Origin: Isurus oxyrinchus
Lineage: Eukaryota
NCBI GenBank assembly: GCA_026770705.1
Contig: JANJGN010000026.1
Span: forward strand, 37,510,001-37,574,000
Direction: 5' to 3'
DNA length: 64,000 nt
Shown here: positions 47,123 to 61,219 of the stretch, piece by piece
Layout: each line of letters starts with the position of its first letter
Numbering within the stretch: the stretch's first letter is position 1
Notes under the pieces: generated by a model
What the model was told of the DNA's origin: nothing
What the model saw: only the letters and a program-made list of their open reading frames with translations
The model's database searches: none
Program-made: the position numbers and the translations under genes

Positions 47123-49993
47123 ACCGAAATCCGCTCGTTTAAGTGCACTTTCGTATTAGGACTACGTGACAATTGGTCTTCTCGAAATGCTAAAGAGCAT
47201 CCCACAATAAAACAAAAGTGACATTTTATCGCACCCGATGCAGTAAAAGTTGTAAAACACTTTCCACTATCACTCAACAAACATATTAATAGTTCGTTCA
47301 GTTAGCATAATAAATGAATTGCTGTAGGTTAACTCGTCGTCTCAAAGATGAATAACAGTAATGTGTGCTCCTAAAGACAGACGAAAGCGATACTGTAATT
47401 GAAACAAAGGAAATAGCAGACACGCTACATCATCACTTTGTATCGGTCTTCAGCAAAGGAAGAGGAAAAACTGCCAGGGTGCGATAAAATGTCCGAGGAA
47501 ACAGATGCTCAGTGCAGGCATGGTGAAATCCCTCCTTTCTTCTTCTGTCTGAACGGGATTTAGGCGCCAGAATGTAAAAGATGCCATGAACCTATTTGAA
47601 AGAAGAGCAGGGGAGTTCTCCTCCCTTCCTGGTCAATGTTAATCCCTCAATCAACGTCAAAAAGACACATTATCCGCTCATTATGACGTTGCTATTTGTG
47701 GGAGTATGCTGAGCGGTGATTGGCTGCCGTGTTTCCGACATTACAACAATGACGATACTTCACAATGTCCTTCATTGACTGGAAAGCGATTTGAAACGTC
47801 CGCTGGTCGGGAAAGGTGCTATATAAATGCAAGCCTATCTTTATTTAATTATCATAAACCCCAGTCCTCTGGTGACTGATCCTCGAGAGTGGGAACAGTT
47901 TCTCCCTAACTGCTCTATCAAACCGCCCGCCGCCGATCCCTTCCTCAGCCCAATAATTTTAAACAGCACCATGAAAACTCAAAACAAAAACAGAATTACC
48001 TGGAAAAACTCAGCAGGTCTGGCAGCATCGGCGGAGAAGAAAAGAGTTGACGTTTCGAGTCCTCATGACCCTTCGACAGAACTTGAAAACTCAGTTTAAC
48101 CTGCTTTACTCTAAAGAAAACGATCCCGGCCTTTATAGTCTCTCCACAAACTGAATGTGTTCACTCCTGAGCATGGTGCAAGGCGGAACATTGTGACGAG
48201 ATTTTAGAAAATGCTGTTAGTTGGCAGGTGGAAAAAATGGAGGAGGAACCGAAACAGGAAACCCAGTCTCCAGTTCTGTGAATATTTACAAACTCTTTAG
48301 GAAACGGAATCAGGAGAGAATGAAATGTGATCTGTCCGACTGACCAGGGCCTATCCGGAATGTTAAACCATGCTGTCATGCAGCAGCACTCTGGGTCTCT
48401 GTTTCGGTGAAATGGAATTCAGCTGGTATTATCAGGAATGCTGCAGACATACTCATATAACAATGTAATCATAAAACGGCAAAACACCATGTATCGATTC
48501 AATGGCATAAGGGGCCCTTCCATAATCCTGTCTCGATCAGCTTTTTTAAGGGCAAACCAATTAATCTCAGTTTCCTTCCTTCTTTTGGTAAACCTGTTAT
48601 TATTCTGAATATCAATTAATTGCACAATTCCCTTTTGAAAAAGAAGATTCTGCAGATTCCATGCCTAGTTTACCTTAATTCACATTGTTTCACTCACCCA
48701 ATGCCTTGAAGATTTAGACTAGTGCTTCTTACATAGCTATGCATATGAACAGTATTTACTTTTTCTATTAAATTCATATCGAATTGACAAAAGTGTTTTT
48801 TTTGATCAAAAATCTCATTATCTCTGAGTTGATTTCGACAATCTAATTACAATTGCTCCACAAACCGCTAATCAAGGGTGTTACATCACAGTGGGAAATC
48901 ATTGTTACAGTTCAACAGAGCCCTGCCAAGGTCAAAGGCTGGCATAGTTTGTTTCGTTCATTTGGTTTAAAATGCATTTGTTCTGGCAAAGTAATTTTAC
49001 AGTATATATATTTCTTTAGGAAACTGGATAATGCTGCAGCAATCTGAGTCCCTGTTGCGGAGAAATGGAATACAGCTGCTATTCGCAGGAACGCTGCAGC
49101 AAGACTGATGTAACAATGTAATCATAAAATGGCCTAGCACCCATGTATCCAAATAATGGCAAAAGAGGCCCTTCCAACATCCGATCTCAGGCCCCTTTTC
49201 AAACGAGAAAATTAATTTATCACAATTTGCTTCTCTCTCTTAATGATCTATTTCTTCTCCCTTTCATTAAATTACTCAATTCTCTTTTGAAAAGTCATTT
49301 CTGCAGAATCCATGCTTACGCTGCCTTAATTCACAAGGTTCACATGACGATTTCAACTTGGGTTCCTAACATACTTGACCAGATGAACATGATGTAATTA
49401 TGCAATTGATCTCATATCGAATTTGTGAAAGTGTTATTTTTTCAAACTTACTATTTTTACAATCTTATTACTTTTGCTCCGTACCCCTTCAACCTGGGGT
49501 GCGATATTACAGAGGAAACTGTGTGTTCCGAAGTTTAACACTGTGCACTGTGCACTGTGCCTCGGTTTCCATGACTCCCTCTGTCATTTTTCCTGATACT
49601 CTATTCTGAAGACCGATTATTTAAAGCAGTGATTTTGTTCCAGCTCTGTCATTTCCTTTGGTTCAATTGAAGCATCGCTTGCACCTGTCCTTATGCGCAC
49701 ACTTTAGCATGAGACTTCTTTGAGATGATGAGTAACGATGTAAATCTGCATCCAAAACCCACTAAATTCAGTTGCCGACCAAACTGCTAAAATGTGTGCT
49801 GAGTTAAAAAACGAACATCTATTTCTACTCAGTGTGTCATGAAATTTCAGCATTTCTGATTTTGCTGCATTCATTTCAAGGCCCAGGGAAGAGCAAAAGC
49901 ACCATTTCTGTAGCATGTCAGATTCAGGTAACATTCAGCAACAAACCTGACATGCACAAATTTTCCTCTCTCAAAATTGGCAAGCTTGGATAA

Positions 49994-50065
49994 TGTTTCT
50001 GCCTGGTTTCAAACCGTGATCTTTCATGTGTGAGGCAAATGTGACAACCACGACACTACAGAAAC
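49994..50065 (-). pseudogene. tRNA-Val(CAC), degenerate
   Basis: Reverse complement GTTTCTGTAGTGTCGTGGTTGTCACATTTGCCTCACACATGAAAGATCACGGTTTGAAACCAGGCAGAAACA. Confidence 0.85.
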
Positions 50066-51554
50066 ATTGGCCAGACATGACTGCAGTGAGCCTATCTGGA
50101 ATGGTAAACTGTGCTGTCATCCAGCAGCGCTTTGGCTCTTTGGATGGGAGAAATAGAATTCAGCTGCTATAATTGGGAATGCTGCAGACAGACTCAGATA
50201 ACAATGTCATCATAAAATGGCTTAACACCATGTATCCATACAATTGCCCTTCCATCATCTTGTCTCTGTCAGTTTTTGTACAAGAGCCAACGAATTAATC
50301 CCAGTTTCCTACTCTCTATTAGTGAACTTGTTATTTTTCTGCATATCAATTAATTGCATCATTCCCTTTTGAAAAAGGAGTTTCTGCAGATTCCATGCCT
50401 AGTTTGCCTGAATTAACAACGTTTCCCTCACCCATTGTCATGAAGGTTTAGACTTGTGTTCCTTACATAGTTATGCATATGAACATTATTTAATCATCTC
50501 TTGTTTTCATATCAAATTGACGAAAGGGCTTATTTTTCTGATCAAATATCTCATTATTTGAGTTATTTACACAATCTGATTACATTCGTTCTATGACTCG
50601 TTAATCGAGGGTGTTATATTTCAGAGGAAAATGATTGCAACAGTTAAACGGAGCCCTGCCACGATCACATGCTGTAATAGGTCGTTTCGTTTAGTTGTTT
50701 AAATATAATTTTGTTCAGGGAATGTAATTTTACAGAATATATATTTCTTTAAGAAGCAGGGTAGTGTTGATCTACCAGAATGTTTGGAGGATTCCAATGG
50801 TTAGACTGAGAGGTCATGGCCTTTGTTAGAGAAAGACAATGCTTGGTTTCCACCTGGTGCCTCTGTTTGTTTGAATTTCAAAATGCAGAATGCTTGGTTC
50901 CGTAAATGTCTTAGGCAGCAATGCTTTCTGCTAAATCATTATGAACACACTTCTCCTCCTCAGCAGAAGAAATTCAACAAACTTTTCTCAGCAAATTTTT
51001 TTTACCTTATCCACCATTCAGTATTAATGTATTTGATATTGATGCCCTTGGTTGACTTGATGCTTTCTGAAATCGACAACATCGAATTGCAAACTTGACT
51101 GGCAAACAAAAAAATGTAAGTCACCAGGTAATACATTTGCTATGGGTCAGATGTGAGATGTCGCACAACAGTCAGCATTTCAACAAAATCAAAGAATTTT
51201 ACAGGAAATAGGCTTGGGAATGATGTGGTAATTAGAGCTGATCCCTCTTTGTCTGTCTTTATGAGCACACATTACACTGAGACACCTTTGACACGGTGAG
51301 TAACTTTCGTAAGCTGCATCGAAAAGCCCATGGATTTATCGTGTTGACTAAACGAGCTGCTAATATGTAAGCGCAGTGAACTACGAACATCTATCCACTC
51401 AAGTGTGTCATGGATTCTCAGCAGGTGCTGATTTTGCTGCATTCATTTTGTGACCTCGGTGAAAGCAAATGCAATATTGGCTGCAACATAGGAGATTCAG
51501 GTAGGCTTCAACGACGCAAATTATCCTCACTATTTAATGAGTAAGTTTTCATAA

Positions 51555-51627
51555 TGTTTCTGCTCGGTTTCGAACCGGGGACCTTTCGCGTGTGAGGCGA
51601 ACGTGATAACCACTGCACTACAGAAAC
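51555..51627 (-). tRNA. trnV-CAC: tRNA-Val(CAC), near-intact
   Basis: GTTTCTGTAGTGCAGTGGTTATCACGTTCGCCTCACACGCGAAAGGTCCCCGGTTCGAAACCGAGCAGAAACA; intact GGTTCGAAAC B box, one T-stem mismatch. Confidence 0.88.
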
Positions 51628-53256
51628 TGCCGTGCGGTTTCATTAATCCTGTCCGGAATGCTAAACTGCGCTGTAACGCTGCAGCAATCTGGGTCTCTAT
51701 TGCGGAGAAATGGAATACAGCTGCTGTTCTCAGGAACGCTGCAGCGAGACTGATGTAAAAATGTAATCATAAAATGGCCTAGCACCCATGTATCCAAACA
51801 ATGACAAAAGCGGCCCTTCCAACATCCGATCTCAGGCCCCTTTTTAAACGAGAAAACAAATTCATCACAATTTGCTTCTCTCTCTTAATAATCTATTTCT
51901 TCTCCCTTTCATTAAATTACTCAATTCTCTTTTGAAAAAGCCATTTCTGTAGAATCCATGCTTGCACTGCCTTAATTGACAAGGTTCACATGACGATTTG
52001 GACTTGGGTTCCTAATATACTTTACCAGATGTACATGATGTAATTATGCAATTGATCTCACACCGAATTTGTGAAAGTGTTATTTTTTCAACCTTACTAT
52101 TTTTACAATCTTATTACTTTTGCTCCATACCCCTTCAACCGAGGGTGCGATATTACAGAGCAAAATGTTTGTTCCAAAGTTTAGCAGGCCCCTGCCAAGA
52201 TCACGTGCTTCAATTGTTCCTTTACTTCATTTGGTTTGAAATAATGTTGTTCCTGGACCGGAATCTAACAGAGGATAAATATTTGTGGAACAAACTGGGC
52301 AGTGCTGAGCTACCAGGGTGTTTGAAGGTTTCCAATGGTTGGTCTGAGGGTCCATGTCACTTGTTGCAGGGAAGCAACTGTTGGTTTCACCCTGGTGCCT
52401 CAGCTTGTTTTGAATTTCAAAATGTAGACGTGTCCGTCCAACGAATGTCTCCGAGTGCAATGCTTTCTGCTCAATCATCAGGGACATCCTTCTCATCCTT
52501 GGAAGATGAAATTAAAGAAACTCAGTATTTGTTCCGTTATTCTATATTTAATATTCATATTTTATCTGTTATTGATGCCTTCGTATGAATTGAAACTCTC
52601 TGAAATATACACCAGCCCCGAATGCAAACATGACTGATAGATGAAAGAATGTCAGTCAACAGGTATGCAAATCATATGGTGCTCATTTGAAATTGAGCGC
52701 AGTTAGCTTTTAAACAAAATGCAAGAATTTTACTAGGAATATGCTTGAGAATGATGTGTTAATTAGATCTGATCACTCTTTGTCTGTCTTTATGAGCACA
52801 CGTTACTATGAGATACCTTTGACATGGTGAGTAACTGTTTTAAGCTGCATCGAAAGACGTGCTGATTTTGCTACATATAAAAGCAAAAAACTGTGGGTGC
52901 TGGAAATGCAAAACAAAAATAAAAATACATGGAAAACTCAGCAGGTCTGGCAGCATCTGCGGAGAGGAAGACAATTAACGTTTCGAGTCCGTATGACTCT
53001 TCAACAGAACTGAGTAAAATTGGAAAAGAGGAGAAATATAAAATCTCATATACCTTTTACGTCTTTTCTGTTGATTAACTGTGTTCCTCTCCGCAGATGC
53101 TGCCAGACCTGCTGAGTTCTTGCAAGTATTCTGATTTGGCTGCATGCGTTTTATGACCTCGGTGAGAGCAAATGCAATTTGCATGCAACATTGGAAATTC
53201 AGGTAAGCTTCAAAGATGCAAATTATCCTCAATATTTAATGAGTAAGTTTTCATAA

Positions 53257-53329
53257 TGTTTCTGCCCGGTTTCAAACCAGGGACCTTGCGCGTGTTAGGT
53301 GAATGTGATAACCACTACACTACAGAAAC
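53257..53329 (-). pseudogene. tRNA-Val(AAC), degenerate
   Basis: GTTTCTGTAGTGTAGTGGTTATCACATTCACCTAACACGCGCAAGGTCCCTGGTTTGAAACCGGGCAGAAACA. Confidence 0.85.
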
Positions 53330-54984
53330 TGAGTATCATGGATCCCTGTCTGGAATGCTAAACTGCGCTGTAACGCTGCAGCAATCTGAGTCCCTGTTGC
53401 GGAGAAATGAAATACAGCTGCTATTCTCAGGAACGCTGCAGCGAGACTCATGTAACAATGTAATCATAAAATGGCCGAGCACCGTGCATCCAATCAAAGG
53501 CATAAGAGGCCCTTCTAGCATCCGATCCGAGGCCCCTTTTTAAACGAGCACACTAACTAATCGCAAATTGCTTCTCTCTCTTAATGAACCAGTTTTTTTC
53601 TCCCTTTCATTAAATTGCTGAATTCCCTTTCGAAAAAGTCGTTTCTGCAGAATCCATGTCTGGGTTACCTTAACTCACAAGGTTCACATGACGATTTGGA
53701 CTTGGGTTCCTCATGTACTTCGCCAGATGAACATGATGTAATTATGCAATTGAGCTCATATCGAACTTGCGAAAGTGTTATTTTTCAACCTTACTATTTT
53801 TACAATCTTATTATTTTGCTCCACAGCCATTCAATCGAGGGTGCTATATTACAGAGGAAAATGTTTGTTCCGGAGTTTAGCAGGGCCCTGCCAAGATTGC
53901 ATGCTTCAATTCTTCATTTACTTCATTTGGTTTGAAATAGTTTTGATCCTGGACCGGAATCTAACAGAGGATAAATAATTGTGGAACAAACAAGGCAATG
54001 CTGAGCTACCAGAATGATTGGAGGTTTCCAACGGTTGGACTGAGGGTCACTTGCTGCAGGAAGACAGCTGTTCGTTTCAGCCTGGTGCCTCAGCTTATTT
54101 GAATTTCAAAATGTAGGCATGTCCATCCAGCAAAGGTCTCCGGGTGGAATGCTTTCTGCTCAATTATTAGGAATATCCGTCTTATCCTTGGCAGATAAAA
54201 TTAAACAAACTTCACTCCGCATTTGTTCCATTATTCTATATTTAATATTAATATTGTATCTGTTATTGCTGCCTTCATTTGAACTGAGACTCTCTGAAAG
54301 ATACACCGAAACTGGGACATGACTGATAGACAAAAGAATGCCAATCAAAAGGTAATGCAAACCATGTGGTGCTCTTTTGAAATTGTATACAATTAGCTTT
54401 TAAACAAAATGCAGGAATTTTACTGGGAGCAGTTTTGAGAATTATGCGTTCATTATATTTGATCCCTCTTTGCTCCAGGTGAGAAGCCCTCTGGTGCCTT
54501 AATCGCAACCATGTAGAAGACAGGGTGGAAGCCAGCAGATCTGCACTGTGCCTCAGTTTCCATGACCCCCTCGGTCATTTTTTCTGATACTGTATTCTGA
54601 AGGCCGAATATTTAAAGGAGTGATTCTGTAACAGGTCTATCATTTCCTCTGGTTCAATTGAAGCATCGCTTGCGCCTGTCCTTATGTGCACATTTTAGCA
54701 TGAGACATCTTTGAGATGGTGAGTAACGATGTAAATCTGCATCAAAAACCCACTCAATTCTGTTGCTGGCCAGATGAACTGCTAAAATGTGTGCTGAGTC
54801 AAAAAACAAACATCTATTTCTACTCAGTGTGTCATGAAATTTCAGTATTTCTGATTTTGCTGCATTTATTTCAAGGCCCAGGTAAGAGCAAATTACCATT
54901 TCTGAAGCATGTGAGATTCAGGTAACATTCAACAAACCTGACATACACAAATTTTCTTCTCTCAAAATTGGCAAGCTTGGATAA

Positions 54985-55057
54985 GGTTTCTGCCTGGTTT
55001 CAAACCGGTGATCTTTCATGTGTGAGGCAAACGTGACAACCACGACACTACAGAAAC
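54985..55057 (-). pseudogene. tRNA-Val(CAC), degenerate (paralogue of 49994 copy)
   Basis: Near-identical to 49994-50065, 4991 bp downstream. Confidence 0.85.
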
Positions 55058-56542
55058 ATTGGCCAGACATGACTGCAGTGAGCCTATCTGGAATGGTAAA
55101 CTGTGCTGTCATGCAGCAGCGCATTGGCTCTTTGGATGGGACAAATGGAATTCAGCGGCTATAATTGGGAATGCTGCAGACAGACTCAATAACAATGTCA
55201 TCATAAAATGGCTTAACACCATGTATTCATGCAATGGCCCTTCCATCATCTTGCCTCTGTCAGTTTTTTTAAAAGAGCCAACGAATTAATCCCAGTTTCC
55301 TTCTCTCGATTAGTGAACTTGTTATTTTTCTGCATATCAATTAATTGCATCATTCCCTTTTGGAAAAGGAGTTTCTGCAGATTCCATGCCTAGTTTGCCT
55401 GAATTAACAACGTTTCCCTCACCCAGTGCCATGAAGGTTTAGACTTGTGTTCCTTACATAGCTATGCATATGAACATTATTTACTTATCTCTTGTTTTGA
55501 TATCGAATTGACGAAAATGCTTACTTTTCTGATCAAACATCTCATTATTTCTGAGTTATTTCCACAATCTGATTACATTTGCTCCATGACTCATTAATCG
55601 AGGGTGTTATATCACATAGGAAAATGATTGCTACAGTTAAACAGAGCCCTGCCACAATCACATGCTGTAATAGGTCGTTTCATTCAGTTGTTGAAACATA
55701 ATTATGTTCTGGGAATGTAATTTTACAGAATATATATTTCTTTAGGAAACAGGATAGTGCTGATCTACCAGAATGTTTGGAGGATTCCAATGGTCAGACT
55801 GAGAGGTCATGTCACTTGTTACAGAAAGACAATGCTTGGTTTCCACCTGGTGCCGCTGTTTGTTTGAATTTCAAAATGCAGAAGGCTCGGTTCAGTAAAT
55901 GTCTTAGGCATCAATGCTTCCTGCTAAATCATTATGAACACACTTCTCCTCGGCAGAAGAAATTCAACAAACTTTTCTCAGCGAATTTTTTACCTTATTC
56001 ACCATTCAATATTAATGTATTTGATATTGATGCCCTTGGTTGACTTGACGCTCTCTGAAATCGACAACATCGAATTGCAAACTTGACAGGCAAACAAAAG
56101 AATGTAAGTCACCAGGTAATGCATTTGCTATGGGTCTGTTGTGAGATGTAGCACAACAGTCAGCATTTCAACAAAATCAAAGAATTTTACAGGAAATAGG
56201 CTTGGGAATGATGTGGTAATTAGAGCTGATCCCTCTTTGTCTGTCTTTATGAGCACACATTACACTGAGACACCTTTGACACGGTGAGTAACTTTCGTAA
56301 GCTGCATCGAAAAGCCCATGGATTTATTGTGTTGACTAAACGGGCTGCTAATATGTAAGCGCAGTGAGCTCCGAACATCTATCCACTCAAGTGTGTCATG
56401 GAATCTCAGCAGGTGCTGATTTTGCTGCATTCATTTTGTGACCTCGGTGAGAACAAATGCAATATTGCCTGTAACATAGGAGATTCAGGTAGGCTTCTAT
56501 GACGCAAATTATCCTCACTATTTAATGAGTAAGTTTTCATAA

Positions 56543-56615
56543 TGTTTCTGCCCGGTTTTGAATCTGGGACCTTTTGCTTGTAAGGCGAATGTGATAACGA
56601 CTACACTACAGAAAC
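56543..56615 (-). pseudogene. tRNA-Val(TAC), degenerate (paralogue of 51555 copy)
   Basis: GTTTCTGTAGTGTAGTCGTTATCACATTCGCCTTACAAGCAAAAGGTCCCAGATTCAAAACCGGGCAGAAACA. Confidence 0.85.
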
Positions 56616-59039
56616 CGCCACAGTGTCCTTAACCCTGTCCGGAATGCTAAACTGCGCTGTAACTCAGCAGCAATCTGGGTCTCTATTGCGGAGAAATGGA
56701 ATACAGCTGCTGTTCTCAGGAACGCTGAAGGGAGACTGATGTAACAACATAATCTTAAAATGCCCTAGCACCCATGTATTCAAACACTGGCAAAATAGGC
56801 CCTTCCAACATCCGATCTCGGGCCCCTTTTTAAACGAGAAAACGAATTCATCACAATTTGCTTCACTCTCTTAATGATCTATTTCTTCTCCCTTTCATTA
56901 AATTACTCAATTCTCTTTTTAAAAAGTCATTTCTGCAGAATCCATGCTTGCACTGCCTTAATCCACATGGTTCACATGACGATTTGGACTTGAGTTCCTA
57001 ACATACTTTACCAGATGAACATGATGTAATTATGCAATTGATCTCATATCGCATTTGCGAAAGTGTTATTTTTTCAACCTTACTATTTTTACAATCTTAT
57101 TGCTTTTGCTCCATACCCCTTCAACCGAGGGTGCGATATTACAGAGGAAAATGTTTGTTCCAAAGTTTAACAGGGCCCTGCCAAGATCACGTGCTTCAAT
57201 TGTTCCTTTACTTCATTTGGTTTGAAATAATTTTGTTTCTGGACCGGAATCTAACAGAGGATAAATATTTGTGGAACAAACTGAGCAGTGCTGAGCTACC
57301 AGGGTGTCTGAAGTCGTTGTCTGAGGGTCCATGTCACTTGTTGCAAGGAAGCAATGCTTTGTTTCACCCTGGTGCCTCAGGTTGTTTTGAATTTCACAAT
57401 GTAGACGTGTCCGTCCAACAAATGTCTCCGAGTGCAATGCTTTCTGCTCAATCAGGAACATCCTTCTCATCCTTGGAAGCCAAAATTAAAGAAACGTGGT
57501 GTTTGTTCAGTTATTCTATATTTAATCTTCATATTTTCTCTGTTATTGATGCCTTCGTCTGAATTGAAACTCTCTGAACTATACTCCAGCCCCGAATTGC
57601 AAATATGACTGATAGACAAAAGATTATCAGTCATATGGTTCTCATTTGAAATTGAGCACTGTTAGCTTTTAAACAAAATCCAAAAATTTTACTGGGAATA
57701 GGCTTGAGAATGATGCGTTAATTAGATCTGATCACTCTTTCTCTGTCTTTGTGAGTACACGTTACAATGAGATACCTTTGACATGGTGAGAGTAACTGTG
57801 TTAAGCTGCATCGAAAGACGTGCTGATTTTGCTGCAGATAAAAGCAAGAAACTGCGGGTGCTGGTAATCCAAAACAGAAATAAAAATACTTGGAAAAACT
57901 CAACAGGTCTGGCAGCATCTGCGGAGAGGAATAGAGTTAAAGTTTCAACTCCGTATGACTCTTCAACAGCATTGTCAAAGTGCCTTTAGCACAAGGACTG
58001 CAGTAAATCAAGAAGGCCTACAATCAGCTTCATGTGGAGCAGGTTGGATTTCACGGGATGTGGGTGTTGCTGGCGAGGCCAGCATTTATTGCCCATCACT
58101 AATTGCCCTTGAGAAGGTGGTGCTTCTTGAGCTGCTATAGTCTATGTAGTGTAGGTACACCAGACTGCTGCTAGGAAGGGAGTTCCAGGATTTTGATCAG
58201 CTGATAGTGAAGGAACGGTGATATAATTCCACGTCAAGATGATGACTGGCTTGGAGGAGAAATTTCAGGTGGCAGTGTTCCATGAGTCCGCTGGCCTTGT
58301 CCTTCTAGGTGATAAAAGCCGTGTGTTTGAAAGGTGCAGTTGAACAAAACTTAATGAGTTGCTGCATCTCATAGATGGTACACATTGTTAGCACTCTGCA
58401 TCTGTGGTGGAGAGAGTGGATGTTTAAGCTGGTTGGTGGAGTGTCAATCATGCAGGCTGCTTTGTCCTGGATGTTGCCAAGCTTCCAGCATGTAGTTGGA
58501 GCTGCGCTCATCCACCATATTTGCTGGCCTTGCTCGCAAAAGCCCACATCCCAAGAATTAATTTGAAAACCTAAATGGAAATGAATTAAAAGCCTTTACT
58601 GAAATGATTGCTATGAAGAGAATGCTTGTTTACTTTGTATGGGTTGTGTCTGTTTAGCAACCGAACATCACAGAGAAATCTACCTCCCCTGGCAGTCCCA
58701 CACATTGGGAATTTTGGGCCTTAACTGGGCTGAAAACTACACAGAATATTCTCCCCCATCCCCATTCCTTTTCAAACTAATACAACAATAAAGATCCACT
58801 CAGGAGGCCAGGGATAGGCAAGGGTATCTAACTCCAATCCTGAGGCAAATATTGAAAATATTATGTTGTTTAAACAGAATGTGTGCAGGGAGAACCGAAA
58901 AAGAATTTCATGCCCTTGAGTTTTTGCCAGGATGCAGGAAAACACTTATCGATACCTGCTCATTAATGATGGCCATCCTTCCCACAACTCCGCGCGCCTC
59001 AGAAACTGCTCTATCCAACTCGCTCCTTTCCCCAGGTGC

Positions 59040-59310
59040 TGAGAGTGCGCATGCTCCCCAGGGCCAGCCGTGGGGCTTTCTGGGCGACTCCTTTGTTGTG
59101 AGTCGGACTCGGTGGAAACGGGAGAAGAAACCGGGAAGCGGCGGCGAGGATGGGGGAGGGGCTGCAACATCGCTTTAATGGGCAGCCCCGACCCCCGACC
59201 CCAGTCCGGGAAGATCACCGCACGGCCGCTGGGCCCGGCCGCTCTCATTCGGCCTCTGAGAGCCGCACTCGCTGTTCCTGAAGCTGCGCTCGCCCCCCGC
59301 TCAGTTTCTC
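59040..59310. promoter_or_regulatory. CpG-island-like promoter region upstream of the zinc-finger exon
   Basis: Locally GC- and CpG-rich block in an otherwise CpG-poor window. Confidence 0.55.
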
Positions 59311-60158
59311 CATTGAATCCTGTTTCTCTCCTTGTTTTTCCCAACTCAGATTCACCGCCTCATTTTCTTTTCTTCCTCTGAGCCCCTGAACTCCATCTGA
59401 CAGGGTCATGTTGGAGAGCGGGCATTGACTGTCCTGGGAAACAACAGCAAGAGGAGCTCAGAGGCCGGAGGAGCAAAGGAAGCGGCGAGTTCAATCACCA
59501 ATCGGGGGGATTGAGGACTGGACCCTGAGTCAGTCAGTCATGAACTCAGAGTGAATCCCTGTTAATTCAGTCATCTCTGAAACAACATTAAATGAGTAAC
59601 TCTTTTAGCAGCAACACAAGTTAACTTCTATCAATTTTAATTTTTAAAAATTTATTCTTTGTCATCTCAATCCCAGGACATCGCTGCTGGAGTTCCTCCA
59701 GGCAGTATCCTAGACCCAATCATCTTCAGCTGCTTTATCAATAACCTTTTCTCCATCATCGGTCAGACTTGGAAATATATTGCTGTCCCTTCGCTGTCAC
59801 TGGGTCGAAATCCTGGGACTCCCTTCCTAACAGCGCCTACACCACATGGACTACAGCAGTTCAAGGATGAGTCTCACCACCACCTTCTGAAGGCAATTCC
59901 AGATGGGCAACAAATACTGGTCTTGTCAGTGACACCAACATCACATGAACAGATTAGAAAAAGGAAAGAAACTAGGATTCCAGTTCTGTTGAAGGGAAAT
60001 GAGGACTCGAAATGTCGAATCTTTTCTTCTCCGCTGATGCTGCCAGACCTGCTGAGTTTTTCCAGATAATTCTGTTTTTGTTATCTATTATTTAAGAAAC
60101 TAGGATTATCTGTTCTGAATTTCTATCCTGTACTGACTTTTGTTAACCCCTTTTATAG

Positions 60159-61219
60159 GATATTTGAACAGGAAGATTTGCTGACAGGAAACTCAAACCA
60201 AAAACCACGTCAAAATCTGACAGATTCACTCAATACATCAGGAGCTGAATATCATTGAACATTTAATATGGACAGAGAAATGTTTTAACCAATTGCGCAG
60301 CCTGAAAAAGCATCTCACCATTCATAGTGTGAATAAACTGTGTGTGGATGAGGTTTGATCTGACCATCCAACATGGACAGCCACGAGGACACTGGCAACA
60401 TGGAGAAATCATGGGGACTGTGGGAAGGGATTTGGTTCCCCATCAAAGCTGGAAATTCATCAACGCAGTCACACTGGGGAAAGGCCGTTCTCCTGCTCCG
60501 TGTATGGGAAGGGATTTACTAATTCATTCAACCTTCTGAGACATCAGCGCGTTCACATTAAGCAGAGTTCAGTCACCTGCTCCGTGTGTGGGAAAGCAAT
60601 CGGTCATTCATCAAGCTTTCAGAGACACCAGCAAACTCACAGTGGAGAGAGGCCATTCACCTGCTCTGTGTGTGGGAAGAGATTTACTCTGTCATCCTAC
60701 CTGCTGACACACCAGCAAATTCACACGAGGGGAGTCCATTCACCTGTTCCTTGTGTGGGGAGGGATTTAATCGATCGCCTAGGCTTCAGAAACACCAACG
60801 CATTCACACTGGGGAAAGTCCATACACCTGCTTTATCTGTGGGAAGGGATTTAATCGGCCATCCAAATTACTTACACACCAGCGAATTCACACTGGGGAG
60901 AGGCCATTCACCTGCTCCATGTGTGGGAAGGGATTCACTAATTCATCCGACCTGCTAACACCAGCGAGTTCATACTGGTGAGAGGCCATTCACATGTTCC
61001 ACATGTGGAAAGAGATTCACTCGGTCATCCCACCTTCTGACACATCAACTTGTTCATACTGATCAGATACCCTTTGAATGTTCATACTGTAAGAATACCT
61101 TTAAAAGTAAAAAGGATCTGCTGACACACCAGCGAGTTCACACTGGGGAGAGGCCATTCACCTGCTCCGTGTGTGGGAAGGGATTCACTCAGTCAGGTTC
61201 CTGGCTGACACACCAATGA
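60159..61219 (+). pseudogene. C2H2 zinc-finger (Kruppel-type) gene exon, ~9-10 fingers, with frameshifts and stops
   Basis: Repeated [16 protein letters not shown] linkers across ORFs 60500-60958 and 60586-60981 and on to 61219; frameshifts near 60730 and 60960; acceptor ttttatag at 60158. Confidence 0.9.

Larger units (their letters stand above)
48345..57970. repeat. Tandem array of ~1.6-1.7-kb tRNA-Val units with ~5.0-kb higher-order repeat
   Basis: GGAATG.TAAAC.G.GCTGT.A.GC.GCAGC unit marker recurs near 48357, 50098, 51655, 53352, 55090, 56641; 49545-53010 is repeated at 54542-57970. Confidence 0.9.

Noticed and set aside
52046-57562. Paralogous 180-aa and 176-aa ORFs (MQLIS.RICESVIFS...)
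   Set aside because: Spacer DNA of the tRNA-Val repeat units; other copies are broken by stops and frameshifts; no recognisable domain.
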